Notes under the pieces: generated by a model | Databases searched by the model: none | What the model saw: the letters and a program-made list of their open reading frames with translations, nothing else | What the model was told of the DNA's origin: nothing | DNA from: an uncultured Actinomycetota bacterium | Lineage (GTDB): Bacteria > Actinomycetota > Acidimicrobiia > Spongiisociales > UBA4744 | Length of the DNA stretch: 64,000 nucleotides | Direction: 5' to 3' | Assembly (NCBI GenBank): GCA_963707435.1 | Contig: CAVPPF010000005.1 | Location: forward strand, 70,832-134,831 | Program-made: the position numbers and the translations under genes | In this document: piece by piece, positions 63,506 to 64,000 of the stretch | How the letters are laid out: the number at the start of each line of letters is the position of its first letter | Numbering within the stretch: the first letter of the stretch is position 1

Positions 63506-64000
63506 GCCGGCTGGCCTTCCGTTGTTGTTTCGTCCACTCGCCCCATCGTGAACTGGTTGCGGAGCAGCCACTCACCGGATACCGCAAAGATGAAGATGGC
63601 GCCCTGCAGGATGATCACCGTCGAGTCCGGTACTCCGGCGATCTGCAATGCCGACCGGGAGTTGGTGAGCGCCCCGATGAACAGCGCCACCGGTATCACG
63701 GCCGCCGCATTCAGACGGGCCAAAGCTGCAACGATGATGCCGGTGAATCCGAGGCCCAGCTGCAGCGAGCGCGGTTCCATGGCTCCGACGACCCCGTCGA
63801 CCAGAACCGCGCCGGCCAGACCTGCCATCGCTCCCGAGAGCAGGAAGACCGACAGGATCTTCCTCTTCACCCTGATGCCGCCGTACTCTGCAACCCGTGC
63901 CGAGTCGCCGGCAACCCTCACTTCGTACCCCCACCGGGTCGACTTCACCAGCCACCACACCACCAGGGCCACGATGACGGCGATGATCAGACCGATATCC
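63502..64000 (-). CDS. ABC transporter permease, partial; the gene continues past the window end
   Basis: Multi-TM open frame. ...LAGAVLVDGVVGAMEPRSLQLGLGFTGIIVAALARLNAAAVIP... runs to the edge. Confidence 0.8.
   Translation of the reverse strand, partial: DIGLIIAVIVALVVWWLVKSTRWGYEVRVAGDSARVAEYGGIRVKRKILSVFLLSGAMAGLAGAVLVDGVVGAMEPRSLQLGLGFTGIIVAALARLNAAAVIPVALFIGALTNSRSALQIAGVPDSTVIILQGAIFIFAVSGEWLLRNQFTMGRVDETTTEGQPA

Overview
This 64 kb window is a high-GC (about 65%) chromosomal segment with Actinobacteria-type (mycobacterial-like) gene order. Almost all genes are on the minus strand. The largest block is the rpsL-rpsG-fusA-tuf / S10 / spc / alpha ribosomal-protein superoperon (55537 down to 35623), which includes secY, adk, map, rpoA and rplQ. 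Also present are rplM-rpsI-glmM...glmS, the alr-tsaE-tsaB-rimI-tsaD...groES-groEL block, guaB3-like/guaA, trpS, cimA, a PLP-dependent decarboxylase, and a three-gene His-Asp phosphorelay built around a CheA-like hybrid kinase (563-4748). A lower-GC island (about 56.5-62.5 kb) carries adenosine deaminase and a BMP-family ABC transporter. Features that gene calling would miss: (1) a family of heptamer-periodic tandem repeats (GTACNNN / AGTACTG / CAGTTAT units) filling many intergenic spacers, sometimes supplying the stop codon of the upstream gene; (2) an Ile-rich leader peptide with a terminator hairpin directly upstream of citramalate synthase; (3) a glmS ribozyme upstream of glmS; (4) a 27-aa Lys/Ala/Pro-repeat small protein gene with a strong SD and terminator; (5) tandem CIRCE operators upstream of groES; (6) extended ribosomal proteins S3, L4 and L24. 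No tRNA, rRNA, CRISPR or obvious mobile element was found.
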